DNA of 49,780 bases, taken from the NCBI GenBank assembly GCA_964402825.1, contig CAYOEI010000294.1:1-49780 (forward strand), read 5' to 3'. Of the stretch, positions 1 through 10,332 are shown piece by piece. A program made the translations under genes and the position numbers. The first letter of the stretch is position 1. Every line of letters begins with the position of its first letter. The stretch comes from an uncultured Hyphomicrobiaceae bacterium. GTDB taxonomy: Bacteria; Pseudomonadota; Alphaproteobacteria; Rhizobiales; Methyloligellaceae. Under the pieces are notes generated by a model. It was given only the letters and a program-made list of their open reading frames with translations. It ran no database searches and was not told where the DNA came from.

Positions 1-1017
1 GCCGCCAAGGGCGGCGGCGGCGGCGGCGATGGTGGTGCGCAAGATATTCACATGGGGGTCGAGACGGCTGAACATGCGCAAAGATGTCATCACATGGACC
101 CGCAGTCCGGGCAGCGCGTCGCCCGCATTCGAGACATCGGCGATACGGGCAATGAGCGCGCGGGCGGCGCGAAGCTTGGCGATGTTGGAGAACAAATCCG
201 TGTCACAGGCGAGTGCGAACTCCATCTGCGCCAGTGCGTCCCGGGGCGAAAGTCCCGCATCCTCCATGGCGCGTAGATACGCAACCATTGTGGCGCACAG
301 ACAGGCTAGTTCCTGGGCTTCACTGCCACCACCGCCATGATAGGGCCGGGCGTCTATCAGTGCTGCGCTTACCTTCGGGTAGCGATCATGTGTCTGGACG
401 GCAAGCCCGGCCATTTCGCCAAGCGCCTGCTCCAGGGAAAGCGGATGCCCGCCCGTGCGAGCCATTACGCCAAGCGGGTCGGCGCCAAACCCGCCGATTG
501 CAGCCTCATCTCCTACGCCATTCTTGCTCCAGACGTCCTGTAGAGCAGTTGCAGCTTTGGCGGCGCCATGTCCCGCTTCAAGCCAGACGCCCGCCAGATC
601 AAGGGCAACGCCATGCAGTGCGCGGTCCAGATCATCATCTGATGAGAGATGCAGGCCATTCTGGCCGGGCGCAGCAACTTGCAGGGCAATCGCCGTTGCG
701 CCGCCTTCGAGATCTTCCAGAATGGCGGCGTTGGTTTGCTCCGGGCCGGCAGCGGCATAAAGCTGACGGATGTCCCAGGGGGGTGAACCCCGGGCGGCGC
801 TGAACCCGCGAATATGGGGGAGGGCTCCCGGTGTCCCGGCGTGATCCTCGCCAGGCTCATCACCGCTCGTGTAGAGCGGCTTTACGGCAAGACCGTCATA
901 GGTATGAGAGACAAGCGTCTTGTCAAAGTCAGCGCCCTTCAGCGCTTTCTCCGCAAGATCTCTCCAGACTTCATCATTGGCCTGGGGAAATTCTTCAGCC
1001 AGCGGCAGTTTGTTCAT
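1..1017 (-). CDS. methylmalonyl-CoA mutase family protein, N-terminal ~339 codons (C-terminus lies beyond the window start)
   Basis: Missing from the track because it has no stop in the window. The reverse frame from ATG at 1017 stays open to position 1. Hand translation MNKLPLAEEFPQANDEVWRDLAEKALKGADFDKTLVSHTYDGLAVKPLYTSGDE...YHGGGGSEAQELA... resembles the N-terminal barrel of MCM-type acyl-CoA mutases. The overlapping + strand ORFs at 29-1215 are shadow frames. Confidence 0.6.
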   Translation of the reverse strand, partial: MNKLPLAEEFPQANDEVWRDLAEKALKGADFDKTLVSHTYDGLAVKPLYTSGDEPGEDHAGTPGALPHIRGFSAARGSPPWDIRQLYAAAGPEQTNAAILEDLEGGATAIALQVAAPGQNGLHLSSDDDLDRALHGVALDLAGVWLEAGHGAAKAATALQDVWSKNGVGDEAAIGGFGADPLGVMARTGGHPLSLEQALGEMAGLAVQTHDRYPKVSAALIDARPYHGGGGSEAQELACLCATMVAYLRAMEDAGLSPRDALAQMEFALACDTDLFSNIAKLRAARALIARIADVSNAGDALPGLRVHVMTSLRMFSRLDPHVNILRTTIAAAAAALGG

Positions 1018-1032
1018 GGTTTTTTGAGCCTT

Positions 1033-2262
1033 CTAACCCAGCTTGCGTTGCTGCGTACTGGGGAGCGCTTCATCTTCCCAGCCAACATAGCCATCTCGTC
1101 TTTGCGGGAGTTTACGGTCGAGTATGCGGCTCGCCACCATGTTCCTCAAGAGTTGCGCCGTGCCGCCGCCAATGGTGAACATGCGTGCATCGCGAACCAT
1201 GCGCTCCAGTGGTAATCGGCGTGAGTAGCCAGCCGCACCATGGATTTGCAATGCATTGTTTGTAACCATGATTGCCGTGTCGGCCGCCAGGACTTTAGCC
1301 TGTGCCGCGAGCAGGGGGTCCGCGAAGCCGTCTTTGCCAGCACTTGCCGCGGCTTTGTAAACAAGGCCGCGAGCTGCTTCCAGCGCGATTGACATATCGG
1401 CTAGCATCCATTGCAGGCCTTGAAATTCGCAGATTGGGCGACCGAACTGACGCCGCGTTTTGGCATATTCCAGCGCAATATTATATGCGCCGGTGGCAAT
1501 CCCGAGGGCAACAGTCGCCGCGCCCGTGCGTTGGCCATTATAAGCATTCATCAAACCGGCGAAGCCTCTGCGAATGCCCTCCGGCGGCACAATCATGCGA
1601 TCGGGTCCAAGCGTGAGATCATGAAATTCAACAATGGTTTCAGGGATGCCCCGCAGCCCCATGGCCGGCTCGCGCTCGCCAATCACCAGCCCTTCGTCCT
1701 CATCGCGAATGGCAATAAAGCCACCTATTCCAAGGTCTTCTTCATTTTCGATGACACGGGCAAAGATCACATGCAGTCGTGAAACGCCGCCGCCGGTAAT
1801 CCAGTGCTTGGTGCCGTTTATGACATAAACATCGCCTTTCTTCTCTGCCTTTGTGGTCAGCTCGGTCAGCGCGCTGCCTGCGTCCGGCTCCGTCATGCAG
1901 ATGGCCGGCTTGTCGCCTTCCAGAACCATCTTGGCCACCAGTTCCTTTTGCCACTGTGATCCATAAGCCATGATGGCGCCGACCGCGCCCATATTGGTCT
2001 CGACGACAATACGTGCGGTGACGCCGCAAATTTTCGCCATCTCCTCGATAACAAGAACCGTATCAAGATAGGCCAGTCCCTGGCCGCCAAATTCTTCCGG
2101 TAAGGTCATTCCCGTGAAGTTGGCCTTGGCCAGTTTTTCGACGATGTCCCAGGGATACTCCTGGGTTTCATCGATTTCAGCGGCGCGGCCCGTGAGTTCA
2201 GTTTCGGCAAATATGCGGGCGCGGAGTTGTAGCTCCGTTTGGTCTTTGGTCAGTTCGAACAT
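1033..2262 (-). CDS. acyl-CoA dehydrogenase
   Basis: 409 aa with typical ACAD architecture (TEPDAGSA, HWITGGG, C-terminal GGT..QL..I helix bundle). It ends 15 nt upstream of the mutase start, so the two are probably co-transcribed. Confidence 0.9.
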   Translation of the reverse strand: MFELTKDQTELQLRARIFAETELTGRAAEIDETQEYPWDIVEKLAKANFTGMTLPEEFGGQGLAYLDTVLVIEEMAKICGVTARIVVETNMGAVGAIMAYGSQWQKELVAKMVLEGDKPAICMTEPDAGSALTELTTKAEKKGDVYVINGTKHWITGGGVSRLHVIFARVIENEEDLGIGGFIAIRDEDEGLVIGEREPAMGLRGIPETIVEFHDLTLGPDRMIVPPEGIRRGFAGLMNAYNGQRTGAATVALGIATGAYNIALEYAKTRRQFGRPICEFQGLQWMLADMSIALEAARGLVYKAAASAGKDGFADPLLAAQAKVLAADTAIMVTNNALQIHGAAGYSRRLPLERMVRDARMFTIGGGTAQLLRNMVASRILDRKLPQRRDGYVGWEDEALPSTQQRKLG

Positions 2263-2370
2263 ACTGTTGGCTCCATCATCGCAATGTTCCGCGATATCAT
2301 CAGTTAGTTCCTATCATACTCCGATATTGCGTGGCATCTGTCCCGATGTCGCGATCGCCTCACTGACTGC

Positions 2371-2405
2371 AAAAAAAGGGCGGCTCCGCAGAGCCGCCGT
2401 TTTTA
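2371..2405 (-). terminator. intrinsic terminator hairpin (bidirectional appearance) after the DUF4332 gene
   Basis: Stem GGGCGGCTC / GAGCCGCC with loop CGCA, flanked by an A7 run on one side and T5 on the other. It lies 20 nt past the stop at 2425. Confidence 0.6.
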
Positions 2406-2424
2406 ATCTCTAAACCAGTAAAAC

Positions 2425-2832
2425 CTAGTAGGTTATCGTCGGTTTTAGTTTCTTGGCGTGGGCCACCCAACTCTTGACCTGTTTGGGGCCTGGCATTTGG
2501 CGAACGAGTTTCTTCTTGGCATTCTTCGTGGCCATGGCTTCACGAAGATTCTCAGGGTTGCGGTTGCGCAATTCCTTGACTGTATCTACTCCGGCAGCTT
2601 CCAGCAGCTCGGAATATTCCTCACCTACGCCGCGGATCCGCATAAGGTCCGCCATATTGGCCCATTTGAGTATTTGGGTGTCCTTGAGACCGGACTCATT
2701 CGCCAGGTCTTTACGGCCTTTTTTGGATGCGCCACGGTTTAGCAAATGCTTGGTCTGCGTTACGCCTACCTTCTTAAGCATTTTGGTAAATTTGGGACCG
2801 ATCCCCTCTATGTCGTTGATCGGATAACTCAT
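2425..2832 (-). CDS. DUF4332 domain-containing (helix-hairpin-helix) protein
   Basis: 135 aa. MSYPI..IEGIGP......MADLMRIRGVGEEYSELLEAAGVDTVKELR...KKLVRQ matches the DUF4332 family pattern as I remember it. Confidence 0.7.
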   Translation of the reverse strand: MSYPINDIEGIGPKFTKMLKKVGVTQTKHLLNRGASKKGRKDLANESGLKDTQILKWANMADLMRIRGVGEEYSELLEAAGVDTVKELRNRNPENLREAMATKNAKKKLVRQMPGPKQVKSWVAHAKKLKPTITY

Positions 2833-3032
2833 CTCCAGCTCTCCTCAATGTAATTATCTTTCAGCCCAAGTCCTCGAATTTGTATACATTACAGTCGTTA
2901 TGGACAAGTGATTGGTTGAGAATGCAAACGAGTCTCAATTTCAACGTGTGAAATACTTATCCATGATCGTACTGGTAACGCGCACGTGTGTAGAGAGATC
3001 AGGCCCGGAAGTGCAAAGGAAGAGGGAGCGTT

Positions 3033-4577
3033 ATGAGTGACGACGAAACAGTTTTCATCGGTAAAAGCACCAAGCGTGAATCGCTGCTTTTGAAACTTGC
3101 CAATCGCCACGGCCTGATCACCGGCGCCACGGGTACGGGTAAGACCGTGTCACTGCAGATATTGGCTGAAGGCTTTTCAAAACACGGAGTACCGGTGTTC
3201 TGCGCCGACGTGAAGGGTGATCTGTCCGGCTTGGCGGCAACGGGTGTGACCAAGGATTTTCTGGAGGAACGGGCCAAAACGATTGGTTTTGACAATTATG
3301 AGTATGAAGCTTTCCCGGCTGTATTCTGGGACCTGTTTGGCGAGCAGGGTCATCCTATCCGCACCACGGTCAGTGAAATGGGCCCGCTGCTTTTCGCGCG
3401 GCTTTTGAATTTGAATGACACCCAGGAAGGCGTGCTGAATATTGCATTTCGCGTCGCGGACGAAGAAGGGCTTCTTCTGCTCGATCTGAAGGATTTGCGC
3501 GCGCTCATGGTCAATGTCTCAGAGCGTGCCAAGGAACTTTCGGCTGAATATGGCAATGTCTCGAAAGCCTCCGTTGGCGCTATCCAGCGCTCTTTGCTCG
3601 TTCTGGAAGAACAGGGTGCGGAAAATTTCTTTGGGGAACCAGCGCTCGATATAGCAGACCTGATGCGAACCAATGCGAAAGGCGAGGGCTATATCAATAT
3701 CCTTGCCGCCGACAAGCTGATGCAGTCTCCCCGGCTCTACGCCACATTCCTGCTTTGGCTTCTGTCCGAGTTATTTGAAGAACTCCCCGAAGTTGGTGAT
3801 CTGGATAAACCCATTCTGGTGTTCTTTTTCGATGAAGCGCATCTGCTTTTCGACGAGGCGCCCAAGGTGCTTCTCAAGAAGGTCGAGCAGGTCGTGCGGC
3901 TCATCCGGTCGAAAGGAGTGGGTGTCTATTTCGTAACCCAGAACCCGCTGGATGTTCCTGATAGCGTATCGAGCCAGCTCGGCAATCGTGTCCAGCATGC
4001 GCTGCGCGCCTTTACGCCGCGTGAGCAGCGCGCGGTGAAAGCGGCCGCCGAAACATTCCGTCCCAATCCGGACTTCAAAACAGCGCAAGTGATAATGGAG
4101 CTGGGCGTCGGCGAGGCGCTTGTCTCCACGCTTGAGAAAAAAGGCCAGCCTTCTATCGTTCAGCGCACGCTGGTCCGCCCGCCATCTTCACGGCTTGGGC
4201 CACTCACTAAAAAAGAGCGCAAGGAGGTCATCAAGGACAGCCCCGTTCACGGCATTTACGATGAGGATATCGACCGGATTTCCGCATATGAGACGTTGAA
4301 GAAGCGGGCAGATCAGAAAGTCAAACTTGAACAGAAGCAGCGCGAACAGGAATCCGAGACTGCAACCGAGAAGCGGGGTGGCTTCAGCCTTCCGGACTGG
4401 ATTGGTGGTAGCGCGGGGGGGACGGCAAGTTCTGGCAAGAAGCCCGCACGGCGCAGAAGTTCCAGGCGGCAAAGCACAACTGAGGCCCTGACCAAATCGG
4501 TTGCCCGCTCCATGGGAACGGCGCTGGGCCGGGCTCTGGTGCGTGGAATATTGGGGAGTCTCAAAAAAGGCTTCTGA
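3033..4577 (+). CDS. HerA-like ATPase, DUF853 (YjgR) family
   Basis: 514 aa. Walker A GATGTGKT, Walker B-like [20 protein letters not shown] motif, and a basic/Ser-rich C-terminal tail typical of the family. Confidence 0.85.
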   Translation: MSDDETVFIGKSTKRESLLLKLANRHGLITGATGTGKTVSLQILAEGFSKHGVPVFCADVKGDLSGLAATGVTKDFLEERAKTIGFDNYEYEAFPAVFWDLFGEQGHPIRTTVSEMGPLLFARLLNLNDTQEGVLNIAFRVADEEGLLLLDLKDLRALMVNVSERAKELSAEYGNVSKASVGAIQRSLLVLEEQGAENFFGEPALDIADLMRTNAKGEGYINILAADKLMQSPRLYATFLLWLLSELFEELPEVGDLDKPILVFFFDEAHLLFDEAPKVLLKKVEQVVRLIRSKGVGVYFVTQNPLDVPDSVSSQLGNRVQHALRAFTPREQRAVKAAAETFRPNPDFKTAQVIMELGVGEALVSTLEKKGQPSIVQRTLVRPPSSRLGPLTKKERKEVIKDSPVHGIYDEDIDRISAYETLKKRADQKVKLEQKQREQESETATEKRGGFSLPDWIGGSAGGTASSGKKPARRRSSRRQSTTEALTKSVARSMGTALGRALVRGILGSLKKGF

Positions 4578-4668
4578 GTACTGGCCCTATGGCCAGAACC
4601 CTTATTGATCTGGAAATATCGGGCAAGCCGGTCAAATAGATGCATTCAGTATCGTTCATGAGAGAATA

Positions 4669-4703
4669 TTTGCCGGACCCTTGGCTACAAAGAGTCCGGC
4701 AAA
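4669..4703 (-). terminator. hairpin downstream of sodB
   Basis: 10-bp stem TTTGCCGGAC / GTCCGGCAAA, 38 nt past the sodB stop. On the reverse strand it is followed by a weakly T-rich ATATTCTCTC. Confidence 0.4.
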
Positions 4704-4740
4704 TTACAATCGCAGGTAAATAATGAGTTGGGTTGCGACC

Positions 4741-5349
4741 CTAAGATGCGGCCTCAAACAGCTCTGCGACATAGTCCCAGTTGATGAGGCTGTCGACCCA
4801 GGCTTCGAGATATTTCGGCCTCGCGTTACGGAAGTCGATATAATAGGAATGCTCCCATACATCACAGCCCAGCAACGGAGTTGCACCATGTACAAGCGGG
4901 TTTTCCCCGTTCGGTGTTTTGGTGATTTCCAGCTTGCCGTCCTTGAGCACCAGCCAGCACCAGCCTGAACCGAACTGGGTCAAGCCAGCCTGAATGAAGG
5001 CTGCCTTGAATGCTTCAAACCCGCCCAGGTCTTCGGCAATCTTGGCTTCAAGCGAACCAGGCATGCCCGTTGAGCCGGATCCGCCGCCACCTGGTTTCAT
5101 CCATTTCCAGAAATGGATGTGGTTGTAATGCTGGGCAGCATTATTGAACAGGCCAGCATTTGTGCCATGAGATCCCTTGATGATTTCTTCCAGGGATTTG
5201 TCTTCAAGCCCTGAACCTTCAAGCAGCTTATTGCCATTATCAACATAGGCCTGATGATGCTTGTCATGATGGAACTCGAGTGTCTCAGCAGACATGACAG
5301 GTGCAAGTGCGTCATGCGCGTATGGGAGGTTTGGAAGTTCAAATGCCAC
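4741..5349 (-). CDS. sodB: superoxide dismutase (Fe type)
   Basis: FELPNLPYAHDALAP, HHDKHHQAYV, AAQHYNHIHFW and DVWEHSYY motifs. I prefer the GTG start at 5349, which is preceded by AAGAGAGG, over the track ATG at 5385. An unusually Gly/Ser-rich loop is present (KPGGGGSGSTGMPG). Confidence 0.9.
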   Translation of the reverse strand: MAFELPNLPYAHDALAPVMSAETLEFHHDKHHQAYVDNGNKLLEGSGLEDKSLEEIIKGSHGTNAGLFNNAAQHYNHIHFWKWMKPGGGGSGSTGMPGSLEAKIAEDLGGFEAFKAAFIQAGLTQFGSGWCWLVLKDGKLEITKTPNGENPLVHGATPLLGCDVWEHSYYIDFRNARPKYLEAWVDSLINWDYVAELFEAAS

Positions 5350-5453
5350 GATAAAGGCCTCTCTTAAATTGCGATTTTGGGACAACTATTGCCTACATTA
5401 ATGGGTCACTCCTCGCGGCGCAAGAAAGTGACCGGGAGGCAATTAGTTTGACC

Positions 5454-6665
5454 TTAGAAAAAAGCCTGTATGCCAGTCTGTGCGCGCCCCAGAATCAGGG
5501 CATGCACGTCATGTGTACCCTCATAGGTGTTTACGGTTTCCAGGTTCATCATGTGACGAATGACGTGGAATTCATCAACGATGCCATTGCCGCCATGCAT
5601 GTCGCGGGCAACACGGGCGATATCAAGCGCTTTGCCGCAATTGTTGCGTTTCATCAGCGAGATTGCCTCGGGAGATTCCTTGCCGGCGTCGAACAGCCGG
5701 CCAAGCTGCAGCGCACCCTGGAGGCCAATGGTGATCTCTGTCTGCATGTCAGCGAGTTTCTTTTGAACAAGCTGTGTTGCGGCCAGAGGGCGTCCAAATT
5801 GATGCCGGTCAAGGGTATATTGCCGGGCTGCGTGCCAGCAAAACTCAGCCGCACCCAGCACACCCCAAACAATGCCGAAGCGGGCACGATTAAGGCAACG
5901 GAATGGGCCTGCCAGGCCTTCCGCACCAGGCAGCAGGTTTTCCTCGGGCACAAAACAGTCATCCATGACAATTTCACCTGTCACCGACGCGCGCAGTGAA
6001 AACTTGCCTTCAATCTTTGGCGTTGAAAGCCCCTTGGTATCCCGCTCTATCAGAAACCCTCTGATAGTCCCGTCTTCCGTCTTGGCCCATACGACGCAAA
6101 CGTCGGCGACGGGTGAATTTGAGATCCAGGTTTTGGAGCCCTTGAGGATATAACCCCCGTCGGCTTTTACAGCCCGTGTGCGCATGCTCCCGGGATCTGA
6201 GCCTGCATCGGGTTCTGTGAGCCCGAAGCAACCTATCATCTCGCCTGACGCCAGTTTGGGAAGAAACTTTTGTTTCTGCTCCTCAGTGCCGTAGGCAAAA
6301 ATCGGGTAGATGACGAGGGAGTTCTGGACGCTCATGGTTGAGCGATAGCCGGAGTCTACACGCTCCACCTCGCGGGCGATCAGGCCATAATTGACATAGC
6401 TCATTCCCGCGCCACCATATTCCTCCGGCAGGGTGACTGCCAGCAGGCCCATCTCGCCCATTTCGTGGATAACCTCGGGGTCGAATTTTTCCTCACGAAA
6501 GGCTTCAAGCACCCGGGGCATCAGCTTATCTTGAGAAAAGCGCAGCGCATTTTCTCGCACCATGCGCTCTTCTTCGCTCAGTTGGCTGTCCAGATCCAAA
6601 GGATCCATCCAGTTGAATCTGGATTTGGATGATGGCAGGTCCTGTTTGCGGGCGGGCTCATTCAT
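5454..6665 (-). CDS. gcdH: glutaryl-CoA dehydrogenase-type acyl-CoA dehydrogenase
   Basis: 403 aa. The [15 protein letters not shown]... N-terminus, [14 protein letters not shown] and the C-terminus [16 protein letters not shown] are typical of GcdH. Confidence 0.8.
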   Translation of the reverse strand: MNEPARKQDLPSSKSRFNWMDPLDLDSQLSEEERMVRENALRFSQDKLMPRVLEAFREEKFDPEVIHEMGEMGLLAVTLPEEYGGAGMSYVNYGLIAREVERVDSGYRSTMSVQNSLVIYPIFAYGTEEQKQKFLPKLASGEMIGCFGLTEPDAGSDPGSMRTRAVKADGGYILKGSKTWISNSPVADVCVVWAKTEDGTIRGFLIERDTKGLSTPKIEGKFSLRASVTGEIVMDDCFVPEENLLPGAEGLAGPFRCLNRARFGIVWGVLGAAEFCWHAARQYTLDRHQFGRPLAATQLVQKKLADMQTEITIGLQGALQLGRLFDAGKESPEAISLMKRNNCGKALDIARVARDMHGGNGIVDEFHVIRHMMNLETVNTYEGTHDVHALILGRAQTGIQAFF

Positions 6666-6768
6666 TGGGGCGTTACTCCGCTAATTGAATTGCAAATTTT
6701 CTGCTTTTTATATAGCGCGTATGGGTTGGGATTAAAAACGGCCAGACATGGTGCGGGCAGTAGACGCC

Positions 6769-8874
6769 TTAACTCGTCTCTTCCTGCTGGCCGGCGACCT
6801 TCAATGCAAACGCATAGGAAAGCGCGACTTCCTTCAGACGATCGAAACGACCCGAAGCACCGCCGTGGCCGGCATCCATATTGGTTTTCAGCAGCACCAG
6901 ATTGTCACCCCTCTTTAATGCACGCAGCTTCGCAACCCATTTGGCGGGTTCCCAGTATGTGACGCGCGGATCCGTCAGACCGGCCAGCGCAATAATGTTG
7001 GGATAGACCTGCGGCGTCACATTGTCATAAGGCGAGTAGGCGGCGATTGCTTCATAGGCTTGCTTGTCTTCAATCGGATTTCCCCATTCAGGCCATTCCG
7101 GCGGGGTAAGGGGCAGCGTATCATCCAGCATCGTATTGAGTACGTCGACAAACGGCACTTCGGCGATGATTCCGGCAAAAAGATCAGGCGCCATATTTGC
7201 CACCGCGCCCATCAGCATTCCGCCGGCGCTGCCGCCATGGGCGACGATCCTCCCGCGTGATGTAAATCCTTCCCTGGCCAGATATTCGCCAGCGGAAATG
7301 AAGTCCTTGAAGGTGTTTGTTTTGGCCGACGCACGGCCTTGCTTGTACCAGTCATAGCCCTTGTCCTTGCCGCCACGGATATGGGCGATTGCATAAACGA
7401 AGCCTCGATCCACAAGGCTCAGGCAACTGGTGTTGAAACTCGACGGTATGGAAATACCATAGGCGCCATAACCATAGAGCAGGAGAGGGGCAGAGCCATC
7501 CAAGGCTGTGTCTTTGGCGTAAAGCAGGGAGACCGGCACCTCTTCACCATCATGAGCCGGGGCCATGATGCGGCGTGTCACATAATGCGACGGGTCGTGT
7601 CCGCTTGGTACTTCCTGGGTCTTGCGTAGTTCTCTCTCGCGCGTCGTCACATCATAATCATAGATCTGCGTGGGTGTGGTCATGGACGAATAGGTGAAGC
7701 GCAACTGGCAGGTGTCATATTCATACCCGGCGGAGACGCCGAGCGAGTAGGCATCTTCGTCAAAGTCGATGGAGTGTTCAGACCCATCATCAAACTGGCG
7801 AATGACAATACGCGGGAGACCATCCTCGCGCTCGAGGCGGATTAAGTGGTTCTTAAATGGAAATGTATTCAGGATAAGCCGGCCGGGCCTGTGCGGCTCA
7901 ATTTCCTGCCAGGATTTCCGGCCCAGATCCGAAAGCGGCGTCTTGATGATCTTAAAGTCTTCGGCGCCATCACAATTTGTCAGGATGATCAAATCGCCGC
8001 CATGATGTTCGACAGAATATTCATGGCCAACTTCACGTTTTGCAACGAGTTGAGGCTCTGCCTCCGGCGAATTCGCATCAAGGAGTCTCATTTCGGATGT
8101 CTGGTGGTCGTGGACGTCGATGACAATGAATTTTCGGCTTTGCGTCATCCCGACCCCGACAAAAAATCCCGGATCGGATTCCTCGTATACCAGTACGTCC
8201 TCTTCAGGAGATGAGCCCAGAGCGTGCCGGAAGATTTGCCGGGGGCGGTGGTTCTCGTCGAGCCGCGAATAGAAAAGTGTCTTGCCGTCATTGGCCCACA
8301 GTGCACCGCCACTCGTATCTGGAATGGGTTTGCCGATTTCCTCGCCGGTCTCGATATCAAGAACCCGGACGGCGTAATATTCCGATCCTTTGGTGTCGCT
8401 CGCGTAGGCCACCAAACGATGGTCAGGGCTGTGCGTAACACCGCCAATCCTGAAATATGCGTGCGGTTCGGCGAGCGCGTTACCGTCGATCAGAACCTTG
8501 TCATCGCCGCCCTCTATCAGACACCGGCAAAAAAGCGGGTGCTGGCCGCCGGTGATGTAGCGGGTGTAGTAAGAGAAGGGGCCATCGGGCGCAGGCACAC
8601 TTGAATCATCTTCCTTGATCCGGCCCTTCATTTCCTCGAACAGCACCTCTTGAAATTTGTCCGTATCGGCCATGGTTGCCACGGTGAAGGCATTCTCAGC
8701 TTCCAGATAAGTGCGAATATCCGCGTCCAAAACGGACGGGTCGCGCATGACCTCCTGCCAGTTATCAGCACGCAGCCAGGCATATTTATCCACGCGCTCG
8801 ATTTCGTGCCGTGTATCTGTAACGGGTATTTTAGGAGCAACGGGTGGCGCAGGTGTGCGCATATTCTTGGTCAT
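6769..8874 (-). CDS. ptrB: S9 family serine peptidase, oligopeptidase B (protease II)-like
   Basis: 701 aa. N-terminal beta-propeller region followed by the catalytic domain with GGSAGGMLMG (GxSxGG nucleophile) and C-terminal DAGHGG. Confidence 0.8.
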   Translation of the reverse strand: MTKNMRTPAPPVAPKIPVTDTRHEIERVDKYAWLRADNWQEVMRDPSVLDADIRTYLEAENAFTVATMADTDKFQEVLFEEMKGRIKEDDSSVPAPDGPFSYYTRYITGGQHPLFCRCLIEGGDDKVLIDGNALAEPHAYFRIGGVTHSPDHRLVAYASDTKGSEYYAVRVLDIETGEEIGKPIPDTSGGALWANDGKTLFYSRLDENHRPRQIFRHALGSSPEEDVLVYEESDPGFFVGVGMTQSRKFIVIDVHDHQTSEMRLLDANSPEAEPQLVAKREVGHEYSVEHHGGDLIILTNCDGAEDFKIIKTPLSDLGRKSWQEIEPHRPGRLILNTFPFKNHLIRLEREDGLPRIVIRQFDDGSEHSIDFDEDAYSLGVSAGYEYDTCQLRFTYSSMTTPTQIYDYDVTTRERELRKTQEVPSGHDPSHYVTRRIMAPAHDGEEVPVSLLYAKDTALDGSAPLLLYGYGAYGISIPSSFNTSCLSLVDRGFVYAIAHIRGGKDKGYDWYKQGRASAKTNTFKDFISAGEYLAREGFTSRGRIVAHGGSAGGMLMGAVANMAPDLFAGIIAEVPFVDVLNTMLDDTLPLTPPEWPEWGNPIEDKQAYEAIAAYSPYDNVTPQVYPNIIALAGLTDPRVTYWEPAKWVAKLRALKRGDNLVLLKTNMDAGHGGASGRFDRLKEVALSYAFALKVAGQQEETS

Positions 8875-8911
8875 TACGATATGGGGCTTTCATAGAGATG
8901 GGAGGTTACGC

Positions 8912-9322
8912 CTAATCTTCTTCCATGTTCAGCGCAACGCCATTGATGCAGTAGCGCAAGCCCGTCGGCTCGGGACCGTCGGGGAAGACGTGACCCAGAT
9001 GAGAATCACAAGCCGCGCAGCGTACTTCGGTGCGTTTCGAAAACAACTTGTTGTCAGCATGCTCACTCAGCGCACTATCAGTGGCAGGCGAGTGGAAACT
9101 CGGCCATCCTGTGCCGGAATCAAACTTTGTTTCGGATGAGAAAAGCGGCTCTCCGCACCCCACACAACGATACATTCCGTTTTTTTTCGATGCGTGATAG
9201 GGGGACGAGAAGGCAGGCTCGGTACCGTGCAATCTGGTGACCGTATATTGCTGGCCAGTGAGCTGTTGCCGCCACTCCTCATCCGATTTGGTGATGCTGG
9301 GCTTATTTTCTGTGTTGCTCAT
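8912..9322 (-). CDS. msrB: peptide-methionine (R)-S-oxide reductase
   Basis: Two CxxC zinc motifs (CVGCGEPLF, CAACDSHLGHVF) and catalytic RYCINGVAL. I prefer ATG at 9322 (MSNTENK..., preceded by AGGAGAG) over the track start at 9367. Confidence 0.9.
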   Translation of the reverse strand: MSNTENKPSITKSDEEWRQQLTGQQYTVTRLHGTEPAFSSPYHASKKNGMYRCVGCGEPLFSSETKFDSGTGWPSFHSPATDSALSEHADNKLFSKRTEVRCAACDSHLGHVFPDGPEPTGLRYCINGVALNMEED

Positions 9323-9510
9323 ACTTCTTCTCTCCTCGCGCGCATTGACGGTTATCAATGAGTCCATGATCTAGCTTCAGAGTGATTGGGATATATGGCG
9401 GCATCAATACCATATGCTGTGCATTTATCCTCAAAGATGTGTGGTTTCTGCCACCTGGCGCTTGATACGGTCAAGAAATCTGTAACAATCCGGAAATTGC
9501 GAATCAGTCT

Positions 9511-10047
9511 ATGCCCTTCCTTGATGTTCATGCTAGGCGGGGAGCATGGCAAGAAAACGCGGGGGGTGCGTACGTGTTGTATGGAAGCATAGGTTTGGTC
9601 CTGTTTAGCTTCTGGCTGGTTTTGTCCGGGCATTACACGATGATCACCGTGCCTGCCGGGATTTTTTCCGTTCTCGGCGTTGTTGCCCTGTCGCGACGGA
9701 TGGGGATTGCCGATGAGGAGGGGCATCCCATCCATCTTGTGCCGAGGGCGTTGACGTACTGGCCCTGGCTGGCTCTGGAGATTGCCAAGTCAACGTGGGA
9801 TGTCACCAAGATTATCCTTCATCCCAAGCTTCCCATATCTCCGACGCTCATTCGCCTTCACGCAAGCCAGCGCACAGCCGGTGGTATCGCCACCTATGCC
9901 AACTCGATCACCTTGACTCCGGGCACGATCACCGCGCGAGTGAGCGGCCAGGAATTCCTTGTTCATGCGGTGGCACGGGGCGGAGCAAAAGAACTCGCCG
10001 AAGGCGCAATGGACCGGCGCGTCAAGAAATTCGAGGGGGACGCATGA
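9511..10047 (+). CDS. mrpE: Mrp/Mnh/Pha cation:proton antiporter subunit E
   Basis: FWLVLSG...ANSITLTPGT motif typical of MnhE. The start is uncertain: ATG at 9511 or in-frame GTG at 9574. Confidence 0.8.
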   Translation: MPFLDVHARRGAWQENAGGAYVLYGSIGLVLFSFWLVLSGHYTMITVPAGIFSVLGVVALSRRMGIADEEGHPIHLVPRALTYWPWLALEIAKSTWDVTKIILHPKLPISPTLIRLHASQRTAGGIATYANSITLTPGTITARVSGQEFLVHAVARGGAKELAEGAMDRRVKKFEGDA

Positions 10048-10331
10048 TTCTGGCGGCGGCCACCATAGCCATATTAGTGGCGCTGACGCTGGGTGTCGTA
10101 CGGGCCCTGCGCGGGCCAACGGTATTCGACCGTGTCCTGGCCGGGAATGCCATTGGGACCGGCGCCATAATGCTGCTTGCCCTCCTGGGCTTCCTGACCG
10201 GGCGTCCCGAATTTCTCGACATCGGCATTTTATACGCTTTGCTGAACATCATCGGCACGCTCGCGGTGCTGAAATTCTTCCGTTATGGCGATTTAAGCCA
10301 TCCTGGCGGCGAAGAGCCGGAGGATTTTTAA
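10044..10331 (+). CDS. mrpF: Mrp antiporter subunit F
   Basis: 95 aa, MILAAATIAILVALTLGVVRALRGPTVFDRVLA... (MrpF/PhaF pattern). The ATG at 10044 forms an ATGA overlap with the mrpE stop. The track shows it embedded in a longer ORF (9795..10331). Confidence 0.8.
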   Translation: MILAAATIAILVALTLGVVRALRGPTVFDRVLAGNAIGTGAIMLLALLGFLTGRPEFLDIGILYALLNIIGTLAVLKFFRYGDLSHPGGEEPEDF

Positions 10332-10332
10332 G

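Noticed and set aside
1-28. (GGC)n triplet run at the window start
   Set aside because: It encodes a short poly-Ala stretch within the mutase reading frame and is too short to treat as a contingency repeat.
29-1215. Stack of overlapping + strand ORFs (103, 74, 196, 68, 101, 133, 115 aa) and a 116-aa reverse ORF at 513-863
   Set aside because: They are Arg/Pro/Ala-rich translations typical of off-frame reading through GC-rich coding DNA. The reverse-strand frame from 1017 to 1 is continuously open and gives a mutase-like protein that explains the region.
3771-4645. Several 94-110-aa reverse ORFs inside the DUF853 gene
   Set aside because: They are antisense to a gene with Walker motifs throughout and have shadow-frame composition.
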